Virus record (IMG/VR): IMGVR_UViG_3300045988_092366
Strand: one strand, 5' to 3'
DNA from: a virus
Length of the DNA stretch: 64,000 nucleotides
Shown piece after piece: positions 27,057-38,194 of the stretch. Numbering within the stretch: the first letter of the stretch is position 1; each line of letters starts with the position of its first letter. A model generated the notes under the pieces. That model was not told where the DNA came from. It saw nothing but the letters and a program-made list of their open reading frames with translations, and did no database searches. The position numbers were made by a program, and so were the translations under genes.

Positions 27057-29340
27057 AGAATCTTTCTATTGACTGATTACACGAAACGGTCATTGCATTG
27101 CCCGGCCCAAGAGGAATAGAAAGTGTATTTAAATTATAATCGCCATATGTATTTGTAGAAGTATCATTTAATTCAACTCTAGAATTAGGCTCTAAGTAGA
27201 ATACTGGCAGCGCAGTAATTGATACTGAATTTTGATAAGTTGTATGAAGATATAATTCATACTTTACTTGGTCAAAAGCACTATTCTTATAGCCGCCAGT
27301 AGCAAGATTATAAAAAACCTCACCGCGTACCTGAGTATATGGCATACCATTATCTTCACATTCCTGTTGCTTCGTTCTTCCCTTATCATCTTCATCAGCA
27401 TTGATGAATACAATATTAGGAATCTCAGGAGAGAACAGACAGTTTACGGTATCAGATGATACGGCATCTGTTCTGCGACCAATGGCAGATACAGAGAATC
27501 TTCCTAAGTCAGATGTTGAAGAATCAATAAAATCTAGAAAATAATTACCATCAGTCAGTGCAGAAGTAAGCAGTTCCGCATTTGCTTTCTCGCCTATGAA
27601 CTTCTGGTCTGCAAGGTCATAAATTTGCGGCCAAAATGCATCTAATTCTTCAAAATAATAATCTGTATCTATCTTACAATTATGTGCATATTGTAGAATA
27701 TCTCCCTGCCAACCAGAAATACCATCAATTTTAGCGTAATAATTGCCAGAATCAATTCCATTTTTCTTAGCCAATAGACCTTCAAGATAAAGCTCGGTAC
27801 GCCAGTCTTTCACAGTATAACCATCAATGATAATCGGTATTGCCGCAGAGCTGATGTCTCCTTTATCATCTACAACAACGGCAGAAGTTGAAGCATCTAT
27901 TGGAGGATAATATGCTGCACACTTTAATGCTTTATAAGTATCATCTTTCCAATAGTAAGCAGTTTTATTAGTAGCATCAAAATAAATAGTATTGAAATCA
28001 CCAATAGTAGGAAAATCTTTTACGCTTGTATATACAGTCGGAAACGCGGCTTTTAATTCTTGAGTAGACTCTTCTGTATATAATAAAACGTTGTAATAAG
28101 TATTATAGTAACTATTACCTTGTTCATCTATTGTAACGGGTGTCGGCTTGCGGTCAATGCAAAGATGATAACGAACGTCTACCTGCTGCTGGCTATTTGT
28201 ACCTTGGCGCTTACCTTGAATAATGAAGTCATTCTTGATATTATTGAATTGCGGTGTTTTACTAATACTGATAATATTGTCTTTATCATTAAAAGCGTAT
28301 ACACTTTTACCTGTAGTTGTTTCTACAAGATAGTCATGCTTCTTCATGTCATTGACTAAAGTTGTCGCTTGCGTAGTATTAAGATAATTCTTAATTTCCC
28401 TAAAATGGAATACACCAAATTCATCATAAAAATATTCAAAATTACCAAGATAGCTTTTAATCTTATCGAGTACAGATGTTACGCTTTCGCCAAGGTTAGC
28501 AGACAGCTCAGAATCATACACAAAATCATCATAGACATAGCCGCAGTCTTGACCGCTTAAAATTTCAATCGTACCGTCTTCTAATTTTGCCGGCTTATCG
28601 ACATATGCCGCATACCATATCCTACCAGCACTTCCACTTTGCTTAGGTACAAGATATAACGGATTAGAGCCAGTCCATTTCATTACTCTTTTGATGCGGC
28701 GAGGCACATCTTCAATGACGATATTGTTTAAATCTTCCCCGCCGTAATGATTCACTAACTCTTGGATAATATCATAAACTAATACTTTTTTAGTAACATA
28801 TGCGCCGCTTGCGTCCTGTGTATCCATTTCATCGAATATAACAGCCGCAGGCAACGTGCCAGAAACATCACCTGATAATCCACACATTTTGTCTTTCAAT
28901 GTCAATTGCAATGACACGGCAGATGAAACAGAAGATGATGCACTCGCACTCGCAATAAAGAAAACGCCTTGAGGGAACCATAAGATAGGATAATCTAAAA
29001 ATTGATTGCTATGGTTTTCAACACCAATCTCAATGAAGATTTTCTTGTTAATTGCAAAATCGTATGACATATTTTCAATATCATAATCACCGCTACTAAT
29101 AGATGCGGTTAATGAGCAAGTGCGCCTAATAGACGAAGAACCGTCTTTAGAAAGACTACCAGATGCAATAACGCCTTGAATCTCCTTCAACGGTTCTTCA
29201 TTCCAATTGAGAAGGGTTAGCCGCACATACTGTTTTTGATTAACAAAATTATCAATAGTCTTGAGAAAGTTTCTACGCTTTAATGCGCTATTGGCATCTT
29301 CATAGAAACTGTCGTTTAAATAAGGATACGTCCTTCTCAT
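27055..29340 (-). CDS. Large baseplate protein (761 aa)
   Basis: ORF. Follows the 1015-aa gene closely. Confidence 0.4.
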   Translation of the reverse strand: MRRTYPYLNDSFYEDANSALKRRNFLKTIDNFVNQKQYVRLTLLNWNEEPLKEIQGVIASGSLSKDGSSSIRRTCSLTASISSGDYDIENMSYDFAINKKIFIEIGVENHSNQFLDYPILWFPQGVFFIASASASSSVSSAVSLQLTLKDKMCGLSGDVSGTLPAAVIFDEMDTQDASGAYVTKKVLVYDIIQELVNHYGGEDLNNIVIEDVPRRIKRVMKWTGSNPLYLVPKQSGSAGRIWYAAYVDKPAKLEDGTIEILSGQDCGYVYDDFVYDSELSANLGESVTSVLDKIKSYLGNFEYFYDEFGVFHFREIKNYLNTTQATTLVNDMKKHDYLVETTTGKSVYAFNDKDNIISISKTPQFNNIKNDFIIQGKRQGTNSQQQVDVRYHLCIDRKPTPVTIDEQGNSYYNTYYNVLLYTEESTQELKAAFPTVYTSVKDFPTIGDFNTIYFDATNKTAYYWKDDTYKALKCAAYYPPIDASTSAVVVDDKGDISSAAIPIIIDGYTVKDWRTELYLEGLLAKKNGIDSGNYYAKIDGISGWQGDILQYAHNCKIDTDYYFEELDAFWPQIYDLADQKFIGEKANAELLTSALTDGNYFLDFIDSSTSDLGRFSVSAIGRRTDAVSSDTVNCLFSPEIPNIVFINADEDDKGRTKQQECEDNGMPYTQVRGEVFYNLATGGYKNSAFDQVKYELYLHTTYQNSVSITALPVFYLEPNSRVELNDTSTNTYGDYNLNTLSIPLGPGNAMTVSCNQSIERF

Positions 29341-29348
29341 TTTCCCTC

Positions 29349-32300
29349 CTATTGATAATTTGTGGTCATTACGGTGCCATAATAATTAATCATACCTTCT
29401 ATTGGCATAAAAGCAATACCAATAGTTTCTGTAGAATTATTATTCTCTATATTATCAATCGTACCAAAAGCAAAATTATACCATTGATAATTATAATAAA
29501 TCTTTAAGTCGCCATTAATATTATATACAGTATTTAGTGTAGGCTTCTTAACTTCACTAACATCCATGTATTTTACAACCTGAACTGGTCGTTCACCAAT
29601 ATCGTTCCATGCATTAACAAAACTATCCTGCGGTGGATTATTGTCTTGAATTACAGATACCGGGTCTTTTGTTTCAGCAGAATCAATAACTCTAATCCAA
29701 TTAAAATTGTTAATTGTTGCGTCATTAAGCGAAGCATCAACTCTAAATTCGTTCTCTTGCAAATATTTTGTTTTGTTTACTTGCTTCATACGAATTCCTA
29801 AGAAACACATATCATCTACTGGAACGTCTCTCAGCATATGTAAAACACCTGTGCCACCTACGAGATAGTTTTTATATTCTGCTTCATTATGGTATTTAAT
29901 ACTAGCAACTGCGTATGGAGTAACATCTAAGCAAATACCCTTCCAATATTTCATGCGTTTGCTTGAAATCATAACATCGCCGTTCATTTGAATAAAGTTA
30001 TATTTATTCCTAATCTTTCTTCCAAGATAAATATTAGGTTTAAAGATACCTCTCTCTTGACCAACTACTACGCGGTCAACAGACGCGCTTGAAACAGCTT
30101 CTTTTGAGCTAGAGCGTTCTTTATAGCAAAGCGTGTATTCAACAGTGATAACATCACCAATTTGGAAATAAAGACCAATAACATCTAACTTGTTTGGAAT
30201 CTGATAATATCCACGCTCGTTAACGAAAATATTATGATTACCATTACTACCACGAGTCATAACACCAAAATAATATCCTTGCTGGACTCGCTTTTCAGCA
30301 ATCATCTGAGACACACCATTTGTTTTATCTGTTACTTCTGTAAGTCCATCTGAACCACTTTGGAAGGTATAGTAACGAGGTTTAGAATGATAATAAATTT
30401 TAATATCTTTAAGTACGATTTCTTCTGCTTTGCGTTTCGCAAGAACTCCACTATATTTTTTACTTAATATATCATTAATATCATTTCTAATATCATTGTT
30501 ATTCGTAACTGTAAACTTATATGTTTGACCAGGTTTAATAACTTCAATGTAATCTTTAGGCTCGTCCTCGGAATCTTGTTTACCATTGCCACTAATAGAA
30601 CCAATCATCTTGCGGTTATAAATACCAAGAGTATCAAGAGTATCTAAGGAAGAAGCATCTTCAACTTCATAAACAGTAGCAGAAAAATTCCATAGCCTGC
30701 GGCCAACGGTTTCATTAGGTGTCAATGCAACATCTGTAAGCATAACGACCATTGAACCTTCTGCCATTGAACGATACAGCTTAGGCTCACCATCATTTAA
30801 CCATGCAATTAGCTTTTCACGGAATTCACGCTCGTAGAGCCAATCGTTTGTAGTAGTCGTTAAATACTCTTGTGACGTGATACTAGAAACTGGTGCATTA
30901 GGATACTGATTACCGCCAGTCTTTTCCCAGTTCTTAAAATCGTTACGTACTAATTCTTTAACACCGGTTTCATCTTTATATTCCGCATATAAATCTTTAA
31001 GAGTATCATTATTATGATGGATAAGTTTTGTTTTGTTCGCAAACTCTGAATAAACATCAGACTCAGCACTAATCAGACCTGAAATACTAAACTGTTTATA
31101 ATTCAATACAGCATTTTCTGCAAACTTAGGATATTTGCCACCAAGAGTATCAATCTTAGCCCTATTTACTACTGGTTTAAAACTACTTACTTGATAGTTG
31201 TATCTTACCGCATATTGCTCTTTTCCACGAGAGAAATATGCGTCATAGAATTGCGGCAAAACGACTTTAGACATGGTTGGTTTTGCAATTGACATTCCAG
31301 TAGAAGTAAGAGCTTCTACGCGATAACGGTACCATGTTAGGCTTTCTACAGTATTGTCTACAACTGAAAAATCAATCTGCTGTAGCTTTGCACTATAGAT
31401 TGTTTCCCACTCTTTGAAATTATCTTTATTAGATGCACGCCTTACGTATACAGATACGCCGTCACTAAAAGAATATTCATTTTTAACCGAAACCTTAATT
31501 GACGCAGTTTCATCATCAACTTCTGCGGCAATTGTAGGTTGCCATTCGTCAGCACCACTATATTCACCTATCTGGAATTTATATTCTTTGCTAAGCTGAT
31601 ATTGGTTTTTTGTGCGACAAGTAATGCGGCATACGTAATATGCGCTGGTTGGGTCTGATGTAGAACCATCTGCACTATTCTTCAAAGATGAAAAATCAAT
31701 ATTATATACAATATTATTTGGATTAAGATTTTCACCAGTATAAATGGTAGGGGTAGAGAACAATACCTTATCTGAATCATCTAAAATATCAAATTGATAT
31801 GCTTCAAGAGTTTCAGTTTCAGTATTTAAAACTACCTCTTCACCACTTTCATTTTTAGTGACAAAAAGAAGACCTCCCGCGATTTGCGTTAAGCCTTTAT
31901 TAAATGTCATATATGAATTGCCTGTATAATTTTCAAATACAGACAGATAGATTTTAGGTTGGTGAATAGGTCTAATTAAACAAACAGAAGACCATTCTGA
32001 AAAATATTGCGCATGTGATAAAAGATAACTATTCTTCTTTACTTCATCGTTGATAGGCACTTCATCAGTTCCATTATAGCTATCAAATCGAATCTGAACT
32101 TTATAAAACTGATTCGTATTAAAAGCATTGCCTTCAATATAAGCGGTAGGTATCGTTACATAATACATACCGCTTACTTTATCGAATTGTAAATCTTCAA
32201 TGAGAATGCCAGAAAGTTTATTCAAAGCATTCTCATTGTTAAGTTGATTTACGCAACTGACGTGTACGTGCTTAATCTCAGATGCAGAATTAAAAGAAGA

Positions 32301-32396
32301 AAGAGTAAAATACACAACAGCATCTTCTGTGTTTACAAAGGCATTTTGAAATGTCGAAACAACGGGTGGATACAGTGTACTAACAACTGTTGCCAT
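29349..32396 (-). CDS. Large baseplate/tail-tip protein (1015 aa)
   Basis: ORF, size and position. Confidence 0.4.
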   Translation of the reverse strand: MATVVSTLYPPVVSTFQNAFVNTEDAVVYFTLSSFNSASEIKHVHVSCVNQLNNENALNKLSGILIEDLQFDKVSGMYYVTIPTAYIEGNAFNTNQFYKVQIRFDSYNGTDEVPINDEVKKNSYLLSHAQYFSEWSSVCLIRPIHQPKIYLSVFENYTGNSYMTFNKGLTQIAGGLLFVTKNESGEEVVLNTETETLEAYQFDILDDSDKVLFSTPTIYTGENLNPNNIVYNIDFSSLKNSADGSTSDPTSAYYVCRITCRTKNQYQLSKEYKFQIGEYSGADEWQPTIAAEVDDETASIKVSVKNEYSFSDGVSVYVRRASNKDNFKEWETIYSAKLQQIDFSVVDNTVESLTWYRYRVEALTSTGMSIAKPTMSKVVLPQFYDAYFSRGKEQYAVRYNYQVSSFKPVVNRAKIDTLGGKYPKFAENAVLNYKQFSISGLISAESDVYSEFANKTKLIHHNNDTLKDLYAEYKDETGVKELVRNDFKNWEKTGGNQYPNAPVSSITSQEYLTTTTNDWLYEREFREKLIAWLNDGEPKLYRSMAEGSMVVMLTDVALTPNETVGRRLWNFSATVYEVEDASSLDTLDTLGIYNRKMIGSISGNGKQDSEDEPKDYIEVIKPGQTYKFTVTNNNDIRNDINDILSKKYSGVLAKRKAEEIVLKDIKIYYHSKPRYYTFQSGSDGLTEVTDKTNGVSQMIAEKRVQQGYYFGVMTRGSNGNHNIFVNERGYYQIPNKLDVIGLYFQIGDVITVEYTLCYKERSSSKEAVSSASVDRVVVGQERGIFKPNIYLGRKIRNKYNFIQMNGDVMISSKRMKYWKGICLDVTPYAVASIKYHNEAEYKNYLVGGTGVLHMLRDVPVDDMCFLGIRMKQVNKTKYLQENEFRVDASLNDATINNFNWIRVIDSAETKDPVSVIQDNNPPQDSFVNAWNDIGERPVQVVKYMDVSEVKKPTLNTVYNINGDLKIYYNYQWYNFAFGTIDNIENNNSTETIGIAFMPIEGMINYYGTVMTTNYQ

Positions 32397-32412
32397 ATTT
32401 CACTCTTCCTTT

Positions 32413-32670
32413 CTATTGGTTAGAAGAACTTGTATCAATCCAAATGCCAACATGAGTATTAGTAGGCTGTGTCTTGCCAGTGTATACAAATGTTGTATTT
32501 TTCATGTAGTCCATGTAATTATCAAAGAATTGGGCAAGAGAATAATTACCCTTATCTTTACGTGTGTCCACTACATTATCAAAGCCAACTCCAAATTCAG
32601 AGTAAGGCAAAGTAAGTGAACCATCTTTGGCCTTTTGACCAACCTTTTTAACAAAGGATTTTACTGCCAT
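32413..32670 (-). CDS. Small structural protein (85 aa)
   Basis: ORF. Confidence 0.3.
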   Translation of the reverse strand: MAVKSFVKKVGQKAKDGSLTLPYSEFGVGFDNVVDTRKDKGNYSLAQFFDNYMDYMKNTTFVYTGKTQPTNTHVGIWIDTSSSNQ

Positions 32671-32927
32671 TATTTAACTTCCTTCTCCTTGGGAGTGGCT
32701 TTTTGCTCTGCTTGATTAACTTCTTGCGCCTGTTGTTGAGCCTTAGCCGCAGTTTCCATGTCCATAGCTCGTAACATTTCACCCTGAGCTAGTGGATAAA
32801 GACCGACAAGAACAGAATTAAGAGCGTCTACCATAACAGTAGCACCAATACCGTTCTTTGCCATAAAATCATAAATCATATCTTTTGCAAGAGCATGAAC
32901 CCTCATGCGTACTTCTAATTCGTTCAT
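32670..32927 (-). CDS. Small structural protein (85 aa)
   Basis: ORF, ATGA overlap with the next gene. Confidence 0.3.
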   Translation of the reverse strand: MNELEVRMRVHALAKDMIYDFMAKNGIGATVMVDALNSVLVGLYPLAQGEMLRAMDMETAAKAQQQAQEVNQAEQKATPKEKEVK

Positions 32928-32960
32928 ATCCTTTTGTCTCCTTTTTTAATTTTAATGCTT

Positions 32961-35900
32961 TTAAACGGGTCGTGATGTCGAGAAACCAGAACCAGTAGCT
33001 AAACTAGTAACATACTCGTTCGCACTTTCTTTTCCACCAATACTAACCTTACTACGGAATACCGTAAACTGGTGCATGTGGTTGTTATAAGTAGAAGTAT
33101 CAACCTTATTATTAGCTGTAGCCTGCGCTGCATTAGCTTTGCTTATAGCACTATTGGCTTTATTCCTAGCATCATTTACATCAGACTTACGAGCATTTAC
33201 TTCATTATTAATCTGTGTTTGCAAATTATTTAACAAATCATAAATACAACCTAAATGGTCTGAAACCTTGGTTGAAGTTCTATTAGCACCCATACAATTA
33301 TGTGAATAAGCATTATTATAGCAATATTCGTTACTATAATTCCAACCACTGATGCTACGTATGTCTCGTTCGGCAGTAATTGATGTGGTTGATTGTGAAT
33401 CTGGTGTACCTGTAAATACACCCCAATTTGAAACAACGCCATGACCGATACTTACATAAGTTCGTTTACCAACATGCGGCACTTCATCATAATTAGATTG
33501 AATAGTACCAGTACCAGACCTGATATAGAAAGCACCATTACCACCAGACTGCGGGACAAGGCTAATACTTACGCCGCCTTGGGCTTCGTTGTCTTTAATA
33601 GCAGTAGCAAGTAATTTAATACCATCTGGTGAAGTATCACTTACAATATTAACGCCATTGTTTTCAGCATTGAATTTAAGACCTTCACCAACAAGCGTAG
33701 TATTTTGTCCTTTGTTGTCATTCAATGTTAAGACAGCTTTAGCATTATTTGCACCAATAGTAAAAGTACCATCTTTATTATTTGCGACAGAAGAGAAAGC
33801 CTTTGAATACATCAAATAATCTTCTCCTGCTTTAATCTGAAAGTCTTTATCTGCGATATTTCTGATTGAATTGGTTGCATTTAATCTTAAATTGCCGCCA
33901 ATGGTATAAGTATAATTACCGTCTTTATCTGTCTTATCATCTTTTGGCGTTCCAATAGCAGAAAGAGTAAAATCACCAGTAGACATAGTAGTTTTTCTAT
34001 CTTTTGGATTCATAAACTCAAAATTATTATTAAGATATAGAACAGATGTTTTAGTTTTTCCATCTGTTGTATCATCTGCCGCAGATAAAGCAGATAATCT
34101 TAAATAAGAATTTTCGTGGCCGATAATAGCTTGCTGTGAATCTATGTGAAGTCTATGTGTCGAGCTATCAGATGATTCCTTACCTAAATCTGGCGCATAA
34201 AGACTAACATGATTACCATATACATTGAATCCTCTTGGATATTCATTGTTAACATTTGTGCCAGTAGAAAGATAAAGGTCTGTTGTAGCCTTTTCAGAAT
34301 TTTTAACTGTACCATCAACAAAGAATTTAAATAAGTTTGTATCAGACCAGCCAAACTGCGCACCAATATATTTAGCATCTAGCGCACGTTTACCAAAGGC
34401 TCCAATCTTGCCAATGCCCATCGAAGACTCTTGGTCTTGAATTGCATTTGTGTAAAACTGCCCAAATTGATTAATACCAACAAGCGGATAACGATGCCAC
34501 TTATCATCTTTCTTATAATGTCTATAAATTGAGAAAGTTGAATCTTTGCGCGGGTCAATTTCTACTTCAAGGCTATCTCCCTCGGCAAGTGCGGCATTTG
34601 CTCCGTCAAAATCAATATTTGAATTTTGTTTTGTAAGTGGCTTACCTTTGACTGAAATATATGCGGGATTAGCACCTAAAATAAGACCCTGTTTGTCTGA
34701 TGGAATTGAAAATTGTGAATCCTTTACAGGATAATCTGTATATGGTCTATCTACAGTCGCTTCTGTGAAATTACCGTCTTTATCAACCTCCGCATTTGCA
34801 ATATTATATAATGCACGAGAACCGATACGCCATGCGCCAATATAGCTTTCGCCACCTGGGACTAACTTAATGCGGCCTTCCTCAAAATGGTTATTCTGCG
34901 ATGCTTGTTGTTCTGGCAAACCAAAAGTGGCAGAACCGTCTTTAGCATCTAAGAAAATAGATTGCTTACCTTCTGAGAATCCCATTAAACCAATTTGAGA
35001 TTCATCAGAATCATAAGTCTTAGAAGTTCCCATAACAACGCCAGTAAACTGATTATTCTTATTCTTTTCACCAGCACCAATTTGCGGCGCAAGGATGTAA
35101 TTTTCATCTTCATTGATTTCTAGATGCGTTCCATCCCAATCATTCAATGATTTAAGACCATAAGTATTCAGTGACATATAGATAGGAATATATAGCTCTA
35201 CAACAGGATTAGCCGCATCCGCCGATGTATATACTTTACAATGGACTAAATTGTTTCCATATTCACCATCATATACATCATTTGGGAGAATATAAATTTG
35301 ACTTAATCCTTTTGTGCGGGCTGTCTTTTGTACACCATCAGATGTATTCTTTTCTATAATAATTTTAAAACAAGCACTTAATGGATTCTCGTCATATGTT
35401 TGACCAGTCTTTGAAGGTTCACCGCCCTCAGCTATCCATTCAATAAATAAATTTTCAAGGCCAGAGCCAACAAGCGTAACGCCTTGGTTCTTATTGTATA
35501 ACGGATTACGTCCATCTGCGTTATAAGTAATAGACTTTAGAAGAGAAGTCTTATCAATTTGAATATCATTATCAGCATATTTCTTAATCACTGGGATACC
35601 ATAAAAAGCATAATACTTATATGAAGAATCTCCAACGGTATAAATTGTTTGAGCCTTTACAATTTGGTTCATAAACTTACGTTTGATCGCGTCAGTTGTG
35701 CTCCAAGAAACAACACCATTGTTACAACTCATATATTTGCTTTGACCATAACCCATAGACCAAGAGACAGTAGAATCATCATTGATTTTCTCATTGCGCT
35801 GATAGAGCTGGAACTGCAAGACCTGTTGCGAAATTGCCTGTCCTGTATTCCACGCAACTTTATTATTTTTGTCGATAATAAGCGCAAGCATCTTATTCTT

Positions 35901-38075
35901 TAGATTCTTAGAAGTAGGAGAAATCTTAGCGACAATATCTGTACCATTCGTACCATTCTCTCCAACTTTAGTAAACAGAAAATCAGTCATCTGACTATAT
36001 GTAACTCCTTGATATGTTACAATAGCTTCAATTTGATTCGATACTGCTGAATAATCAAAGTTTGCGGCAATCGCCATAGGATAAATCTGTGATATACAAT
36101 ACTCGATTTTCTGATTAGACTGATTGAGTACCATTCCTTCTTTTGGAATAGTAATCATTGAATCTGTTAATGGTACTCGCCATTTAATATCATATGTATC
36201 TTTATTAACTTCAAGACCAGCAGGGTCAAAGAAATGGCAAGTAAGCGGCTTGACCTCTAATGGGTCTTCATATCTATCATCATCAGGTGATACACCAGAT
36301 TCACTATACTGGAATACTTGGTCGCCATTTTCAATAGTGATATAATAATCAGTAGGGTCTGCGGCGGTTGCGTTTTTTAAAGTAAGTGTCGCAACACCAA
36401 TATTATATTCAATATTTTCTACAGATTCATCTTTTGAAGGTTCCCTATCGCGCAAATAAACTGCACACTTAAAGGTAGCCTTAGAATCAATGCCTTTAAC
36501 TGGATAAGTAAGCGTATTTTTGTCCCATGATGCACCTTCAAGTGCATTCATTTGATTCTTCAAGGCAGATAAATTGTTATATCCAATACCCTGTTTTATA
36601 CCATCTTCGTAACGAGCTTTAAGTTCTTCTACCGTTTCAATGAAAGATAATGTTTGACCATAATCATCAACTTTAGACCAAACAAATCTAAAGAAATTAT
36701 CTGGATGCCCATTTGCTTTACCAGCTTCAAAGTCAGAAGATTTGCCGTCCAAGAGACAGGTAAGTTTAGGTTTGCCACGGTCAAAGCTGAAACTAACACC
36801 AAGAGAAGAGATAATCTCAATATCACGCTTTGCCGCTTCATTATATAATGTGAAATAATCTTTTAAAACCATTTGCTCTTTATAGACGCAAACACACATA
36901 TATTTATTTTCATAAGCACGATTTTCCGCACCAGTAGTAACAAAGCTATACTTATTGCCTTTGGCTTCAAGATAAGACCAGCCAGCTCCACCGTACATCT
37001 TATAATCTTTTGAGCTTGCGGTCACTCGTCCATCTTCTTTGAACCAGTAAAACATAGCATCGCCTGATAAGTCTTCGTTTTTATGACGAAGAGTACCGAC
37101 AACGCTTAGAGAAGAGTTCTCAGTTAAGTCTCTAAGAGTAGAACCTTTCGGCATAGACAGGTGCATCTGATAATCACCATTTGCCGCACTGATTTTTCTA
37201 AGGCCATAAAATTCAACATCTTTAATGAAAATATCATCGCCCCAGCCAATCGGTCTATCCTGTGATTGAATTGGGTCAGTAGTTTCTACGAAATCTTTAC
37301 AATAGAAAATAATCTGGTCAATATATAAGAAGTTCTCAACGTCTACTGGGAAAATCTGATATTGGTCAAAATAACTTTGATATTGAAGCGGCGAACCTGT
37401 CATACTATTACTATCAATAGTATACGATAATTTCTTAACTAACGCCTGACCTTTATCGTCTGTAGCGTCTCCGTCTTTAAAAGCTAAGATAAAAGTGATA
37501 CCATATTCGCCAGTCTTTGTAAGTTTATGCTCTCGCGGCAAAGACGTGCGGAAAGACGCTTCAATTAGCATCGCTTCGGCCTGTTTAATATTATTATCTA
37601 GCTCTTGAGTATCAATAGATAAGAACTTAGGCTTAAAGCCGCTTACATCTTCATCTTTCTTATATAGAACTTTGTAATCTTCTTTTTTGTAAGAACGAAG
37701 TCCCGCAGGCGTGACTTTATTTTTATCACTAAGGCAATTGCGGCCAATGAGATTGTAATTACTAATGGCCGAAGATACAAAACTGATATTGTTATCATCT
37801 TCTGCTGCCTGCGCAACACCTACGATATTCTTTTTCTTGGTGAAATCACCTTCTGGAACAAGCACATATACTGATTGACCTTGAGTATATGTATTTCCTT
37901 CTTGGGCATATGCTTTTAATTTGCCACCATTATATGAAACAAGGTATTCTCCTGTAAGTGAATTAGTACAGCCAGCGACAGTGGCGGTAACTGTTTTATC
38001 CGTAGCTATCTGTTCTATTCTATTGGATACAATTGTATCCACAGCTTCAAGAACAACGTCTTGTAGATTCGCCAT
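32961..38075 (-). CDS. Giant distal-tail/baseplate hub protein (about 1704 aa), immediately after the tape measure protein
   Basis: aaaaGGAG + 7 nt + ATG at 38075 (alternative TTG at 38081). Position after the tape measure is typical of Dit/Tal-type proteins. Confidence 0.45.
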   Translation of the reverse strand: MANLQDVVLEAVDTIVSNRIEQIATDKTVTATVAGCTNSLTGEYLVSYNGGKLKAYAQEGNTYTQGQSVYVLVPEGDFTKKKNIVGVAQAAEDDNNISFVSSAISNYNLIGRNCLSDKNKVTPAGLRSYKKEDYKVLYKKDEDVSGFKPKFLSIDTQELDNNIKQAEAMLIEASFRTSLPREHKLTKTGEYGITFILAFKDGDATDDKGQALVKKLSYTIDSNSMTGSPLQYQSYFDQYQIFPVDVENFLYIDQIIFYCKDFVETTDPIQSQDRPIGWGDDIFIKDVEFYGLRKISAANGDYQMHLSMPKGSTLRDLTENSSLSVVGTLRHKNEDLSGDAMFYWFKEDGRVTASSKDYKMYGGAGWSYLEAKGNKYSFVTTGAENRAYENKYMCVCVYKEQMVLKDYFTLYNEAAKRDIEIISSLGVSFSFDRGKPKLTCLLDGKSSDFEAGKANGHPDNFFRFVWSKVDDYGQTLSFIETVEELKARYEDGIKQGIGYNNLSALKNQMNALEGASWDKNTLTYPVKGIDSKATFKCAVYLRDREPSKDESVENIEYNIGVATLTLKNATAADPTDYYITIENGDQVFQYSESGVSPDDDRYEDPLEVKPLTCHFFDPAGLEVNKDTYDIKWRVPLTDSMITIPKEGMVLNQSNQKIEYCISQIYPMAIAANFDYSAVSNQIEAIVTYQGVTYSQMTDFLFTKVGENGTNGTDIVAKISPTSKNLKNKMLALIIDKNNKVAWNTGQAISQQVLQFQLYQRNEKINDDSTVSWSMGYGQSKYMSCNNGVVSWSTTDAIKRKFMNQIVKAQTIYTVGDSSYKYYAFYGIPVIKKYADNDIQIDKTSLLKSITYNADGRNPLYNKNQGVTLVGSGLENLFIEWIAEGGEPSKTGQTYDENPLSACFKIIIEKNTSDGVQKTARTKGLSQIYILPNDVYDGEYGNNLVHCKVYTSADAANPVVELYIPIYMSLNTYGLKSLNDWDGTHLEINEDENYILAPQIGAGEKNKNNQFTGVVMGTSKTYDSDESQIGLMGFSEGKQSIFLDAKDGSATFGLPEQQASQNNHFEEGRIKLVPGGESYIGAWRIGSRALYNIANAEVDKDGNFTEATVDRPYTDYPVKDSQFSIPSDKQGLILGANPAYISVKGKPLTKQNSNIDFDGANAALAEGDSLEVEIDPRKDSTFSIYRHYKKDDKWHRYPLVGINQFGQFYTNAIQDQESSMGIGKIGAFGKRALDAKYIGAQFGWSDTNLFKFFVDGTVKNSEKATTDLYLSTGTNVNNEYPRGFNVYGNHVSLYAPDLGKESSDSSTHRLHIDSQQAIIGHENSYLRLSALSAADDTTDGKTKTSVLYLNNNFEFMNPKDRKTTMSTGDFTLSAIGTPKDDKTDKDGNYTYTIGGNLRLNATNSIRNIADKDFQIKAGEDYLMYSKAFSSVANNKDGTFTIGANNAKAVLTLNDNKGQNTTLVGEGLKFNAENNGVNIVSDTSPDGIKLLATAIKDNEAQGGVSISLVPQSGGNGAFYIRSGTGTIQSNYDEVPHVGKRTYVSIGHGVVSNWGVFTGTPDSQSTTSITAERDIRSISGWNYSNEYCYNNAYSHNCMGANRTSTKVSDHLGCIYDLLNNLQTQINNEVNARKSDVNDARNKANSAISKANAAQATANNKVDTSTYNNHMHQFTVFRSKVSIGGKESANEYVTSLATGSGFSTSRPV

Positions 38076-38096
38076 TGTCAACTCCTTTTCAATCCA

Positions 38097-38128
38097 AATA
38101 AAAAACGGGAGAACATAAAGTTCTCCCG
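38097..38128 (-). terminator. Terminator after the tape measure gene
   Basis: cgggagaac-ataaa-gttctcccg followed by a T-run. Confidence 0.6.
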
Positions 38129-38194
38129 TTCATAAAATTATGCTCTAAGACATATCAAAACCACAAATGTTCGATTATAAAATTTTGCCCATGT